Positions 17,652-26,821 of a DNA stretch of 40,000 nucleotides are shown here, one piece after another. The notes under the pieces are model-generated. The model worked only from the letters and a program-made list of their open reading frames with translations. It was not told the origin of the DNA and ran no database searches. The translations under genes and the position numbers were made by a program. This stretch comes from Haloquadratum walsbyi C23. Lineage in GTDB: Archaea > Halobacteriota > Halobacteria > Halobacteriales > Haloferacaceae. How positions within the stretch are numbered: the first letter of the stretch is position 1; every line of letters starts with the position of its first letter. Location: assembly GCF_000237865.1 (NCBI RefSeq), contig NC_017459.1:568990-608989 (forward strand), written 5' to 3'.

Positions 17652-19580
17652 TTATGCGTATACTGATTGTAGTTGCTTCATTACTCGTCGTGGGCTCACT
17701 CCATCTGCGACTTCAATAGAGAGGAATCCTGGTGGTGGATTCGATGGAACTGCTACGTGAACTACATCGCCTTGTCGCTCGGCGAATGATTTAATTTCAT
17801 TAAGAACGGCTGATTTGATAAACTTCGCCGGGAGTTGCTCAGTTTGGAGTTCGACAGTGCTTTTTCCACGCTGAGATGCGGCATTCGCTTGCAGTTCACC
17901 AAGCACATACAGCACATCATCATGTGGTACCTCTGCATCTTGGGGGTTACCCCCGGTTAATGCTGCATGTTCACCTGTGCTATCTACCGTCCCACTATAT
18001 TCTGCTCCGGTCGAATTGGTGGTGGCATCGCCTCCAGTAGACTCTGTTTCTGGATTGTTACTCTCTGTTATATTTAACACCCCCTCTGCAACCTCATATT
18101 CAATATAATAACTCTGTTCAAATGGCACGCGTAATCTCTCAACAAGAGTAGCATCGATTGACGATGGGACAGGAATTGAACCGGATCCGTACTCAATCGT
18201 CGCTGTGACGCTTTGACCAAAGAACTCGGCAATTTGAACTATCTCTCTTGCCTCTGTCTCTGCTGCGTCAGCCGATTGTATTGCTGCATCAAATCGACAT
18301 TCATGTAATGTTTTGAGTGCTTCCTCACGATAATCATCAACAGTTGGCTTTGTTGGCAGAGATTCACCAGTCGATGACTCCGGTGTCCGACCTTCGAGGA
18401 GATACGCCTCAAGTCGTTCTTGTGCCGGTCCCTCTAATTCATCAAGATTTGCTGTCGCCGTCTCGATTGCTCTCTGTGCTGCATCTAGTGATTCAGCAAT
18501 AGATTCTTCATGTGTCTGAAGTGTTTGCTCAATCGCATCAAGATGTGTATCAATTGTATCAATTGCCCCAGCAACAGCAGCAAGTCCATCCGGATCCGCT
18601 TCGATCGTTTCGGTAAGTCGAGTTGCTATTTCATGCTGCGATCCCCCAATCTGAATAGTTGGTTCATCAATTGTTGGTAATGAGACCGAGTTGTGCGTCC
18701 GCAGATTTCGGATCGTATACTCACGACTGAATCGTGAAACATAGTGCACATCACTGTATCGTTCGTTAATTTTGTCTTCGACTTGTCGCTCTAATGTAGA
18801 TATTACTCGCGTAGCAGTCTCCCCTGCAACATCATTGAGTTTCGCCGCATCAGCTTGCAGTTGTGCAGCTGTATCATGACGCTCACGACTCGATGTTGAC
18901 CCATCGACAACTGCATCCGCTTCATCCTGAACCGCTTGACACCGATCTCGAAACTCACTGCATTGTGATTCGAACGCTGTGACCGCCTCTGGTGCAATTG
19001 TCTTTAGTGAAGATTGTACCTGTTCGCCCACAACTCGCTCAATTTGACTGTTAAACGTTGTGAGCGCCTCCTGTGTGTCTTCGCGGGCAGTAGATAACGC
19101 CTTTGTAGCCTCTGAATCAAGTGTTATACTCCAATCAAAAACAAGCGATGCTGCCCAACTCATCGCTGCGGTTCCGATAGGGACAAACAAGAACCCAGCA
19201 GTTTGAATCGCTGGGAGCCCTGCGGAAGCAACTGGAAGATACACAAGCTCAAATAACACAAGAAATAGTGTCACAAATCCGGTTGCACCAAGCGTTATGA
19301 CACGATGTCGAAGCGCAAATAATCCAACACCCTGTGCAGTCCATGCAAGTGCAATGAGGACAAATAATATAAAGACAATCGTCGAACTTGACCGGAAAAT
19401 ATTACCTGCGACCCTAAACACAGAAATTGACCATAAAAACCGAGTAAGTGACCCGATCAAGGGAATTACTGTGACTGTCGTCTCAAGCAGCGCGACCGTT
19501 GCCTGCACGAAGGATGCAAGAATTGGCAACCCAGCGACAGCCCAACAGCCTGCCGCAATTCGCCGCCTGTTCTGCAACAT
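17652..19580 (-). CDS. Polytopic membrane protein (642 aa): about 5 N-terminal TMs followed by an acidic, largely alpha-helical region of about 470 aa and a small C-terminal domain
   Basis: ATG start MLQNRRRIAAGCWAVAGLPILASF. Hydrophobic segments run to about residue 165. Helical repeats include AVAGAIDTIDTHLDAIEQTLQTHEESIAESLDAAQRAIETATANLDELEG. First gene of the locus, with a TATA-like box upstream. Confidence 0.85.
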   Translation of the reverse strand: MLQNRRRIAAGCWAVAGLPILASFVQATVALLETTVTVIPLIGSLTRFLWSISVFRVAGNIFRSSSTIVFILFVLIALAWTAQGVGLFALRHRVITLGATGFVTLFLVLFELVYLPVASAGLPAIQTAGFLFVPIGTAAMSWAASLVFDWSITLDSEATKALSTAREDTQEALTTFNSQIERVVGEQVQSSLKTIAPEAVTAFESQCSEFRDRCQAVQDEADAVVDGSTSSRERHDTAAQLQADAAKLNDVAGETATRVISTLERQVEDKINERYSDVHYVSRFSREYTIRNLRTHNSVSLPTIDEPTIQIGGSQHEIATRLTETIEADPDGLAAVAGAIDTIDTHLDAIEQTLQTHEESIAESLDAAQRAIETATANLDELEGPAQERLEAYLLEGRTPESSTGESLPTKPTVDDYREEALKTLHECRFDAAIQSADAAETEAREIVQIAEFFGQSVTATIEYGSGSIPVPSSIDATLVERLRVPFEQSYYIEYEVAEGVLNITESNNPETESTGGDATTNSTGAEYSGTVDSTGEHAALTGGNPQDAEVPHDDVLYVLGELQANAASQRGKSTVELQTEQLPAKFIKSAVLNEIKSFAERQGDVVHVAVPSNPPPGFLSIEVADGVSPRRVMKQLQSVYA

Positions 19581-19605
19581 CTATACACAAACATGTTGAC
19601 GGGGG

Positions 19606-19611
19606 ATAAAA
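19606..19611 (-). promoter_or_regulatory. TATA-like box (TTTTAT) for the first gene of the locus, leaderless geometry
   Basis: TTTTAT ends 25 nt upstream of ATG 19580, in the 414-bp gap between this locus and mutS. Confidence 0.45.
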
Positions 19612-19994
19612 TACTTCGTGCATATGATTCTCATACACGTGATGTAGGCATGATTTGCTGTGAAACCCCCTCGAATATAACTGAAACCCTCCTGACCGTC
19701 CCGATGGAAAAAGTCGGCTGGAATTCACACCTGGACACTCCTTACGCCTTATCGGTAGAAGCAGATTATTATTTTCATATATAAATAAGCTGACCGTAAC
19801 TCCTGTCTCACCTGGCGTATAAACCGTTGGGAGGATGTACAGGCGGTTCGAAACGACTACTTCGGGGGTTGACCCAGAGTGAGTTCATGTCACTAGAATA
19901 GCAATCTTTATATCGGCTTTTCAGACCTGTAGGAGCCGTCTCAGAGTGTTTCGGAAACAACAATGGATAAAAATTAGCTATTTGTCATTTCGCA

Positions 19995-22799
19995 TTATTC
20001 CTCACTATCAGCGTCTGTTAGCTGTTTCTGCCACTGCTCGACGGTTTGCAGGAGCGTCACCGGTGCTGTTGATTCAATATCGAGCGATTGGAGTTCATTG
20101 ATTACTTCCTTTGTGTCTGAATCAACTCTGGCATGTTCAGGGTTTTCGGATGTAGCTCGATTATTCTTGAGTTTCCTGTTATCACTCGTAGGAGTCGTTT
20201 GGTTTTCTGTATTTTCGCCTGCTTCAGCAACTCGAATGTCACCACTATTGACGTCAAAGACAACCTGTTGTGTTGTTTCTGCGCTCTTATCGCCTCCAGT
20301 CATATTCTCTTCTTGATCGCGTTTGGATGTATCAGCGTGATTTTGTGTCTCAACCTCGATTGCTTCATCAGCACGAAGTGTTGATAGTACGTCTCTTGCT
20401 CGTGTGAGGACTGGATCCGGAACACCAGCAAGTTCTGCCACATGGATTCCATATGAACGGTCCGCTGGTCCTGATTCAACAGTGCGAAGAAACGTCACAT
20501 CGCCATTACGCTCCTCTGCAGCGACATGGACATTTGAGACGCCTGTGATTCGATCTGCTAATGTTGTGAGTTCATGATAGTGTGTTGCAAAAAGAACGCG
20601 CGGTGATGGTGCTGTTGATTGCGCTGCTGAGAGATACTCTGTTGCAGCCCATGCAATTGATATTCCATCATACGTCGCTGTCCCTCGACCGACTTCATCA
20701 AGAATAACGAGCGACTCAGAGGATGCTGAGTGAAGAATCTTCGAAAGCTCCTGCATTTCAACCATGAATGTTGACCGACCCTGTGCAAGTTCATCTAATG
20801 CACCAACACGCGTGTAAATTCCATCAACAGCCCCAATTGTGGCGGCTGCTGCTGGGACAAAACTTCCAGCGTGTGCAAGAAGAGTAATAAGTGCCACCTG
20901 TCGAAGATACGTTGATTTCCCGCTCATATTTGGTCCTGTAACAAGCAGGAAATTCCGTTCATCTTCTAACTGGAGGTCATTTGGAACAAACTCTGTTGTC
21001 TGCTCGACAACCGGGTGCCGACCGGCCTCAATATCAACTGTATGATCGGCGCGTAGCGTCGGACGTGTCCAGTCGTTTTCGACGGCATGTGTCGCGAGTG
21101 AGTGAAGTGCGTCTATCTCTGCAATAACTTGTCCGACTGTCTGTAACATCGCAGCGTAGTCAGCAATCTGCTCACGGAGTTCACAAAACAACTCATATTC
21201 CATCTCACCACGTGATTCCTCTAATCGAAGGATGTCTCGCTCACGCTCAGCAAGTTCATCTGTTTTAAATCGCTTCGAGTTTTTGAGAGTTTTAATCTCA
21301 CGATAGTGTTCTGGGACTTGATCCGCAACAGATTTGCCAACCTGTATATAATGACCATCAGTTTTGTTTCGATCGACACTGAGGTGATTTAGATTATGTG
21401 TCTCCGTCTCTCGCTGGGCTAGTTTGTCCATCCACTCCTGGGCAGTCTCATGACGTTCTCGAAGGGAATCAAGTTCAGCATCATATCCATATTGGAACAA
21501 GCCGCCGTCTCGAATTGTCTTTGGGGGCTCATCAACAAGCGCTGCTGTAAGTTCATCCCGAACAACTTTTACAGTATCCTCAGTTGGTCGAGTGACCACC
21601 TGCATCAAAGGCGATTCAGACAATATTGATTCTGTGATAACTTCATCGAGCGTTGGGAGTATCTCGAGCGTTTCTCGAATTCTAAGGAGATCAGTGGCAT
21701 CAGCACGTTCAGAGATACACCGCGCAGCTAATCGTTCGAGATCATAGCTTCCATTCAGTGTTTCAGCGATTCGCTCACGAGCCAATGGTGCGTCTACAAG
21801 CGCCTCAATGCAGTCAAGTCGACGAGTTATCTCTGTTTGCACGCGCTGTGGTCGCATTATCCACTCTCGAAGTTGCCGGTGCCCCGCACTTGTTGCGGTA
21901 TGGTCAATCGTCCCGAGAAGCGTTCCATCCCCACCGCGGTCGCCATGCATTGTCTCGGTCAATTCAAGATTACGTCGTGTCGTCGTATCCAGTGCGAGGT
22001 GAGTATCTGAATCCAGCGGTTGTAATCTCGTTATTGCGGCGCGAACACCTGTGTCTGTTTCATCGATATACGTAAGTATTGCACCAGCAGCCTGTATCGC
22101 AACATCAGTCTCAATATTGAGACTATCAATTGCAGTTGTACCAAACTGCTCGCTAAGAATATGACGCGCACGTCCAAGAGCAAAGGCTGCTGTTTCAAAT
22201 GAAGACACTGTCGCATCAGTGCCGTCACGAAGTCGCCGAATAAAGTCATCAGCATTCCTAACGGTTGGACCAGGGAGAATTTCAACTGGGTCAAATCGAG
22301 TGAGCTCTGCATATGCAGTCTCAGCATCCGCAACGTCACCAATAAAAAACGAGCCGGTTGTTACTTCGGCAAACGCAATCCCAATAGTCGTCTCAGTTGT
22401 CTCAGTTGTCTCAGTCGCTGTGAGATCCCCAACAACGGCTGCGATATACCGCGCATCAGCATCATCAGTCGATAATAATGTTCCGGGCGTGACAACTCGA
22501 CTGATGCGACGATAATGATCTCCATCGTCGGCTTCATATTGGTCTGCGACAGCAACCCGATATCCACGCTCAACAAGCGATTTAAGATATGGAGTCAGGT
22601 CATCAACCGGCACTCCAGCCATTGGATATGAGGACCCATGTGAGGATTTTTCTGAAACTGTGAGGTCGAGCTCCGCGGACACTAATTCAGCGTCTTCAGC
22701 AAAGAACTCATAGAAATCACCACATTGCATCGTCAATAGATCCGCGTCTGTCTCAGCGCGAAGGGAGAAAAACTCGTCTACGATTCCCTGCGAGGTCAT
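19995..22799 (-). CDS. mutS: DNA mismatch repair protein MutS (934 aa)
   Basis: N-terminal mismatch-binding region (LLTMQCGDFYEFFAEDAE, YPMAGVP). Walker A GPNMSGKSTYLRQ. STFMVEMQE and DEVGRGTATYDG motifs. Long acidic C-terminal tail. TTTTAT box at 22824..22829, 24 nt upstream of the ATG. Confidence 0.95.
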   Translation of the reverse strand: MTSQGIVDEFFSLRAETDADLLTMQCGDFYEFFAEDAELVSAELDLTVSEKSSHGSSYPMAGVPVDDLTPYLKSLVERGYRVAVADQYEADDGDHYRRISRVVTPGTLLSTDDADARYIAAVVGDLTATETTETTETTIGIAFAEVTTGSFFIGDVADAETAYAELTRFDPVEILPGPTVRNADDFIRRLRDGTDATVSSFETAAFALGRARHILSEQFGTTAIDSLNIETDVAIQAAGAILTYIDETDTGVRAAITRLQPLDSDTHLALDTTTRRNLELTETMHGDRGGDGTLLGTIDHTATSAGHRQLREWIMRPQRVQTEITRRLDCIEALVDAPLARERIAETLNGSYDLERLAARCISERADATDLLRIRETLEILPTLDEVITESILSESPLMQVVTRPTEDTVKVVRDELTAALVDEPPKTIRDGGLFQYGYDAELDSLRERHETAQEWMDKLAQRETETHNLNHLSVDRNKTDGHYIQVGKSVADQVPEHYREIKTLKNSKRFKTDELAERERDILRLEESRGEMEYELFCELREQIADYAAMLQTVGQVIAEIDALHSLATHAVENDWTRPTLRADHTVDIEAGRHPVVEQTTEFVPNDLQLEDERNFLLVTGPNMSGKSTYLRQVALITLLAHAGSFVPAAAATIGAVDGIYTRVGALDELAQGRSTFMVEMQELSKILHSASSESLVILDEVGRGTATYDGISIAWAATEYLSAAQSTAPSPRVLFATHYHELTTLADRITGVSNVHVAAEERNGDVTFLRTVESGPADRSYGIHVAELAGVPDPVLTRARDVLSTLRADEAIEVETQNHADTSKRDQEENMTGGDKSAETTQQVVFDVNSGDIRVAEAGENTENQTTPTSDNRKLKNNRATSENPEHARVDSDTKEVINELQSLDIESTAPVTLLQTVEQWQKQLTDADSEE
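22389..22415. repeat. Three tandem 9-bp units (GTCTCAGTT x2, GTCTCAGTC) inside mutS, encoding TETTETTETT
   Basis: Read directly from the sequence. The repeat is in frame and lies in a loop of the N-terminal domain (DLTATETTETTETTIGIAF). Confidence 0.9.
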
Positions 22800-23111
22800 A
22801 CCGCTTTATCCGCCGCCGATGCGATAAAACGCTATGGTGTTCGTCTCATGAAGACCACCCAACTTGTGAATTTTATCTGAGTAGCCGCTGTGGTCTCTAT
22901 CTCTACAGATGTGTAAGACGGGTGTCTTTGTGATCGTTCAGATTCGTTTAATTACACCTGAATTTCTCTCATTTTTCATATGCAACGTTACGTTCTCAAC
23001 CGGTCCATCGCGTGCTCCAGATTGAATACAGAGACTGGCTGAAAAATAATCAATGGAATAATACAATTACGCGTGGATGATCAATTGATATTTATTACTA
23101 TCAGTAATGAA

Positions 23112-23858
23112 TCAGGCTTCCTGTAGCCGACCGCCGTCAATTGCAATATTCTGCCCAGAAATATATTCGGCTGCATCGGTACAGAAGAATAGTATCGGTG
23201 CGATCACATCATTAAATCGAGCTGGGCGACCACGTGGATAACCACTGACATCAACAACAGTATTCTCAACTGCAAACGGTGAGACGGCATTAACCGTGAT
23301 TCCATTATCCTGTGTATCATATGCAACTGTTCGTGTAAATAATAGAACAGCTTTTTTTGCTGCGAAATATGGAAAATTCATTGGAACAGCACGATCATCA
23401 CGGGCATCAGCAACACCAAAATTAATGATCCGACCCCAGTGAGTATCACGCATTGTTGGTAGAACTGCTTGAGTACAGAGATACGTACCATAGAGACAGC
23501 CCTCGATTGTGCGACGCCACTCTGCAAGTGAAAGTTCATCCCATCGTCCTTGCGGAAGTGGTCCAACAGCATTCACCAATATATCAATCGTATCAAGTTC
23601 TGTCTCACACCTTGCAATCATTGTATCCACCTCATCGGGAACAGTGACATCTGCCTGCACAGTTGTCGCTGCGACATCATATTCACGTGCGGTCTCGGCG
23701 GTTGCCGCTGCCGCCTCGCCACTCTGGCGATAATGAACAGCAACATCAGCACCTGCGTCGGCAAGTGCAAGAAGTACCTCCCGCCCGACACGCTTTGCTG
23801 AGCCAGTTACCAATGCGGTTCGTCCATCTAATGTTGGCGTGAGATTGATGTCAGCCAT
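23112..23858 (-). CDS. Short-chain dehydrogenase/reductase (FabG-like, 248 aa)
   Basis: From ATG 23858: MADINLTPTLDGRTALVTGSAKRVGREV (Rossmann TGxxxxxG), NAVG, and catalytic YxxxK (YFAAK). The ORF-track extension to 24050 has non-protein-like composition. Confidence 0.9.
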   Translation of the reverse strand: MADINLTPTLDGRTALVTGSAKRVGREVLLALADAGADVAVHYRQSGEAAAATAETAREYDVAATTVQADVTVPDEVDTMIARCETELDTIDILVNAVGPLPQGRWDELSLAEWRRTIEGCLYGTYLCTQAVLPTMRDTHWGRIINFGVADARDDRAVPMNFPYFAAKKAVLLFTRTVAYDTQDNGITVNAVSPFAVENTVVDVSGYPRGRPARFNDVIAPILFFCTDAAEYISGQNIAIDGGRLQEA

Positions 23859-24184
23859 AGCAGTTATATTCGGGCTATGGATATCAGTTACCTGGCAGCG
23901 TGAAATGAATATTTCTATAGTTATAGGTGATACAAACGCAATCCAATCATATTCAGACCATGGATACGCGCCGTCGCAGCCGGAGGTTTCCGAACATCTT
24001 TGTGCAATATGACGTATGTATAATTGTCGGCGCACTGGCTCTGACTCCACTGTAGCCGAGCGCCCGAAAAGTGGTGGTTCGAGTGTTGGTGTCCGCCCAC
24101 GCTAGAAACAGAGTGTGCCCCACGTGGGAAGCAAACAACAAGCACCGGGCGAGTGTCAACATAAATGACTCCGAATCTGGTGAC

Positions 24185-24440
24185 ACCGACTACCGACTAC
24201 CGACCACCAATCCTGTAGGGAGACTGATACAGAAACGCGTTTTCGGCTGAGAAAAGGAGTATTGGGGACTAAGATTTGGCACTCCCAATTTAACGAGGCT
24301 GTCCCTTACCCGGCTATATACCGATTCGCACGGCGCGTGAGCTCGGCAATCTGTGAATCTGCACCTGAAACTCCCAACTCAGCGGTGTGGTGCCGTGGGA
24401 TTCCTCCGCGTTCGTGGAAGAGGATATCAACTCGCAGTTA
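24185..24440 (+). repeat. Hairpin-rich non-coding element, copy B (inverted relative to copy A at 8870..9100); probable tnpB-3'-end-derived MITE-like element
   Basis: Shared blocks are listed under copy A. Contains the short tandem CGACTAC CGACTAC CGAC. Residual reading ...ESAPETPNSAV...GIPPRSW vaguely recalls TnpB C-terminal tails. Boundaries are approximate. Confidence 0.5.
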
Positions 24441-24649
24441 TAAACCAACTTACTATTTCTGTCGCGACAATTTTTATTCATGTCTGAACCTGATAGCTTT
24501 CAGCTCGCTATCGTATAATGGCGCAGAGCTCACGCAGTAAGCACTCGGTCTTACCAAGAGATTAACAGACGTGTATTCTGCATTATGATCCATACACAAC
24601 CACCTGCTGTGCTGTGTCGTTTTGTATGCTGACCACGTCATTATCATAT

Positions 24650-25471
24650 ATGCGAACTGAGATACTCGGTCCTGTGGATGTGGACGACGCACCTGATATC
24701 GCTGTAATCGGCGGGATTCACGGCGATGAGCCCTGTGGTGTGCAAGCGATCGAGCGATTCTGCTCAGGGGCATTGATAGACGCTATTCAGCGACCGGTTA
24801 AACTCATTATTGCGAATGAACGCGCGCTTGAAGCAAATATGCGGTATATTGAGGGCGATCTTAACAGATTATTCCCTGGTGACCCAGAAAGTGAACTGTA
24901 TGAAGAACGCCTGGCATTTGATCTCTATCAGGAAATTAAAGATTGCACTACGCTTGGATTTCACTCAACAATCTCATTTGATGAGCCCTTTGGAACATTC
25001 GCAAACCTAACGCCACAGAAGGCAACAATCATGCAGGCGTTGCCACTTGAGCATGCAGCTGACTTTTCTGGGCATGTCACAGGGCGAGGCGTGAATCTAT
25101 CAGAATTTGTGAATGTCGAAGCGGGCTATCAAGGCTCTGAGGCTGCGGTTGAGAACGCCTATGCATGCTTGATTGCATATCTCCGTGTGATGGATGCCCT
25201 CCCAGCAGAAGCTGATATAACGCCAACAACGCACTATCAAGTTCAACATACGATAGAAAAGATCCCAAATGAAACATACGACGTACATGTAAATAACTTT
25301 GAGCAGGTATCTCCAGGAATGGAATATGCAACAACCGGAACAGGAAAATCACTTCTGGCTGACTCAGCATTTTGGCCAGTGCTCATGTCCTCTCACGGAC
25401 ACGATACACTTCTTGGATATGCAGCTAAGCGGACAGGCGAGATCAGTGCCACAGTGACTGATAGTGATTAA
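24650..25471 (+). CDS. Succinylglutamate desuccinylase/aspartoacylase-family zinc deacylase
   Basis: IAVIGGIHGDEPCG (HxxE zinc-ligand motif of the AstE/AspA, M14-like family). The ORF track starts at GTG 24614; ATG 24650 (MRTEILGP) is preferred. Confidence 0.75.
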   Translation: MRTEILGPVDVDDAPDIAVIGGIHGDEPCGVQAIERFCSGALIDAIQRPVKLIIANERALEANMRYIEGDLNRLFPGDPESELYEERLAFDLYQEIKDCTTLGFHSTISFDEPFGTFANLTPQKATIMQALPLEHAADFSGHVTGRGVNLSEFVNVEAGYQGSEAAVENAYACLIAYLRVMDALPAEADITPTTHYQVQHTIEKIPNETYDVHVNNFEQVSPGMEYATTGTGKSLLADSAFWPVLMSSHGHDTLLGYAAKRTGEISATVTDSD

Positions 25472-25855
25472 GACGAATAGTTTCATCGACGGTATCGGAA
25501 GGTGCAGTTTCAGCAACTCCAGTCATTGATACGGATCGCCACGGTGGTAAAGACTCGAAGTAATCACCATGAGTAAGCTACACTAAGTTATCCTGCGGAC
25601 TCGCTCGCTGAGGATACCGAATATGAACAGGAATTTCTCGAGCTATGTTGACTACATATTGCCTGTATCTCCTATCAGGGGCTTCTGAATTATCATCCCC
25701 TATACATTTACTGCGTAATCCATATTCGCAATCACTACTCTTTCAGATTACTTACAGATATACATAAGCCGACACTCAATTCGCTGTAGTTCAACTTATG
25801 TATATATGGGTGGCTCTCGCAGTGCCGTTATCACATGTAGTGTCGATTTGTGCTC

Positions 25856-26749
25856 ATGATTTCGGTTCCTATGTGGATTTTGACTGGTGTTATCGCTGTT
25901 TGCGCTCGAGCAGTCATGAGTCCGTATCAGAAGCGGTTGCTTGCTGACGCTTCGGAGTCAGAGGTATTGTTTGTTCGAGATACCGTTGCGCTTGGACTGT
26001 TTCTACCAGTAGTTGGATGGACCGCAATTAAATATGGATTTTCAGGGACGCCGCGGAGTGCTGTTGCAATGGTGCTGACAGGGGCATTGAATGTCATCGG
26101 TGCATTCATGATATTTGCAGCATTGTCTCGAGAGGATGCATCCGTTGTTATCCCACTAACATCCCTATCACCAGTCATCACATCACTGGTTGAACCTCTT
26201 TTGCGTGACACGGCTATCACACCACTTGTGATCGCTGGAGCTGTTCTAAGCGCTTGTGGGGCTGCAGTAGTGAATTCTGAACAAAATACCATCCAGAGTA
26301 TTTTATACGGCTCAGATACGACAGCAGTCGCATTGGCAGTATCGGTTAACTTTGTTTTCGGCGTGACGTCCACGCTTGATGGCATCGCTACTGCAAGTAT
26401 TAATCCATTATATGTCTCATCAATTATTGTATTATTCGTTGGAATCGGGAGTGCAGGTCGACTGTGGCGAGCTGGCGCTGTTCATGAGCCATCCCAGCGG
26501 AGACAACTTCTCGCGCTTTATAAGGGTGATAAAGGCATTCTTGGCATATTACAATTTGGCGGGCTTGCAGCAACCCTATTTACCTTTGGTGCAGCCCCGA
26601 GTGCTACACAAGCTTCGATTTTATTCCGGGCAAGTATTATTCTAGTTGTCATCATAAGCAGTGTTGGGCTGAACGAGGGTCATCTCCGACGACGCACTAT
26701 TGGGGCAGTACTCATCGCTCTTGGAGTAGGGCTTGGTGTCAGTGGCTGA
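25856..26749 (+). CDS. Polytopic membrane protein, probably DMT/EamA-type transporter
   Basis: About ten hydrophobic helices in two similar halves; Gly/Ala-rich. The family assignment is tentative, based on architecture only. ATG 25856 (the track uses GTG 25850). Confidence 0.65.
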   Translation: MISVPMWILTGVIAVCARAVMSPYQKRLLADASESEVLFVRDTVALGLFLPVVGWTAIKYGFSGTPRSAVAMVLTGALNVIGAFMIFAALSREDASVVIPLTSLSPVITSLVEPLLRDTAITPLVIAGAVLSACGAAVVNSEQNTIQSILYGSDTTAVALAVSVNFVFGVTSTLDGIATASINPLYVSSIIVLFVGIGSAGRLWRAGAVHEPSQRRQLLALYKGDKGILGILQFGGLAATLFTFGAAPSATQASILFRASIILVVIISSVGLNEGHLRRRTIGAVLIALGVGLGVSG

Positions 26750-26821
26750 ATGCACAGTTCACTCTCGATATGATCGACATCTCATGTCATAATATAAATT
26801 ACTTGATTAGATTGATCCTCA

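Noticed and set aside
19845-19853. GGTTCGAAA, resembling a tRNA T-loop
   Set aside because: The flanking bases cannot form a T-stem, and no acceptor or anticodon arms are evident.
23859-24050. N-terminal extension of the SDR ORF 23112..24050
   Set aside because: The Rossmann fold begins right after MADINL at ATG 23858. The extension is Cys/Trp/Ile-rich and not acidic.
25927-26385. 152-aa minus-strand ORF
   Set aside because: It is antisense to the DMT-type transporter gene, which has coherent TM helices.
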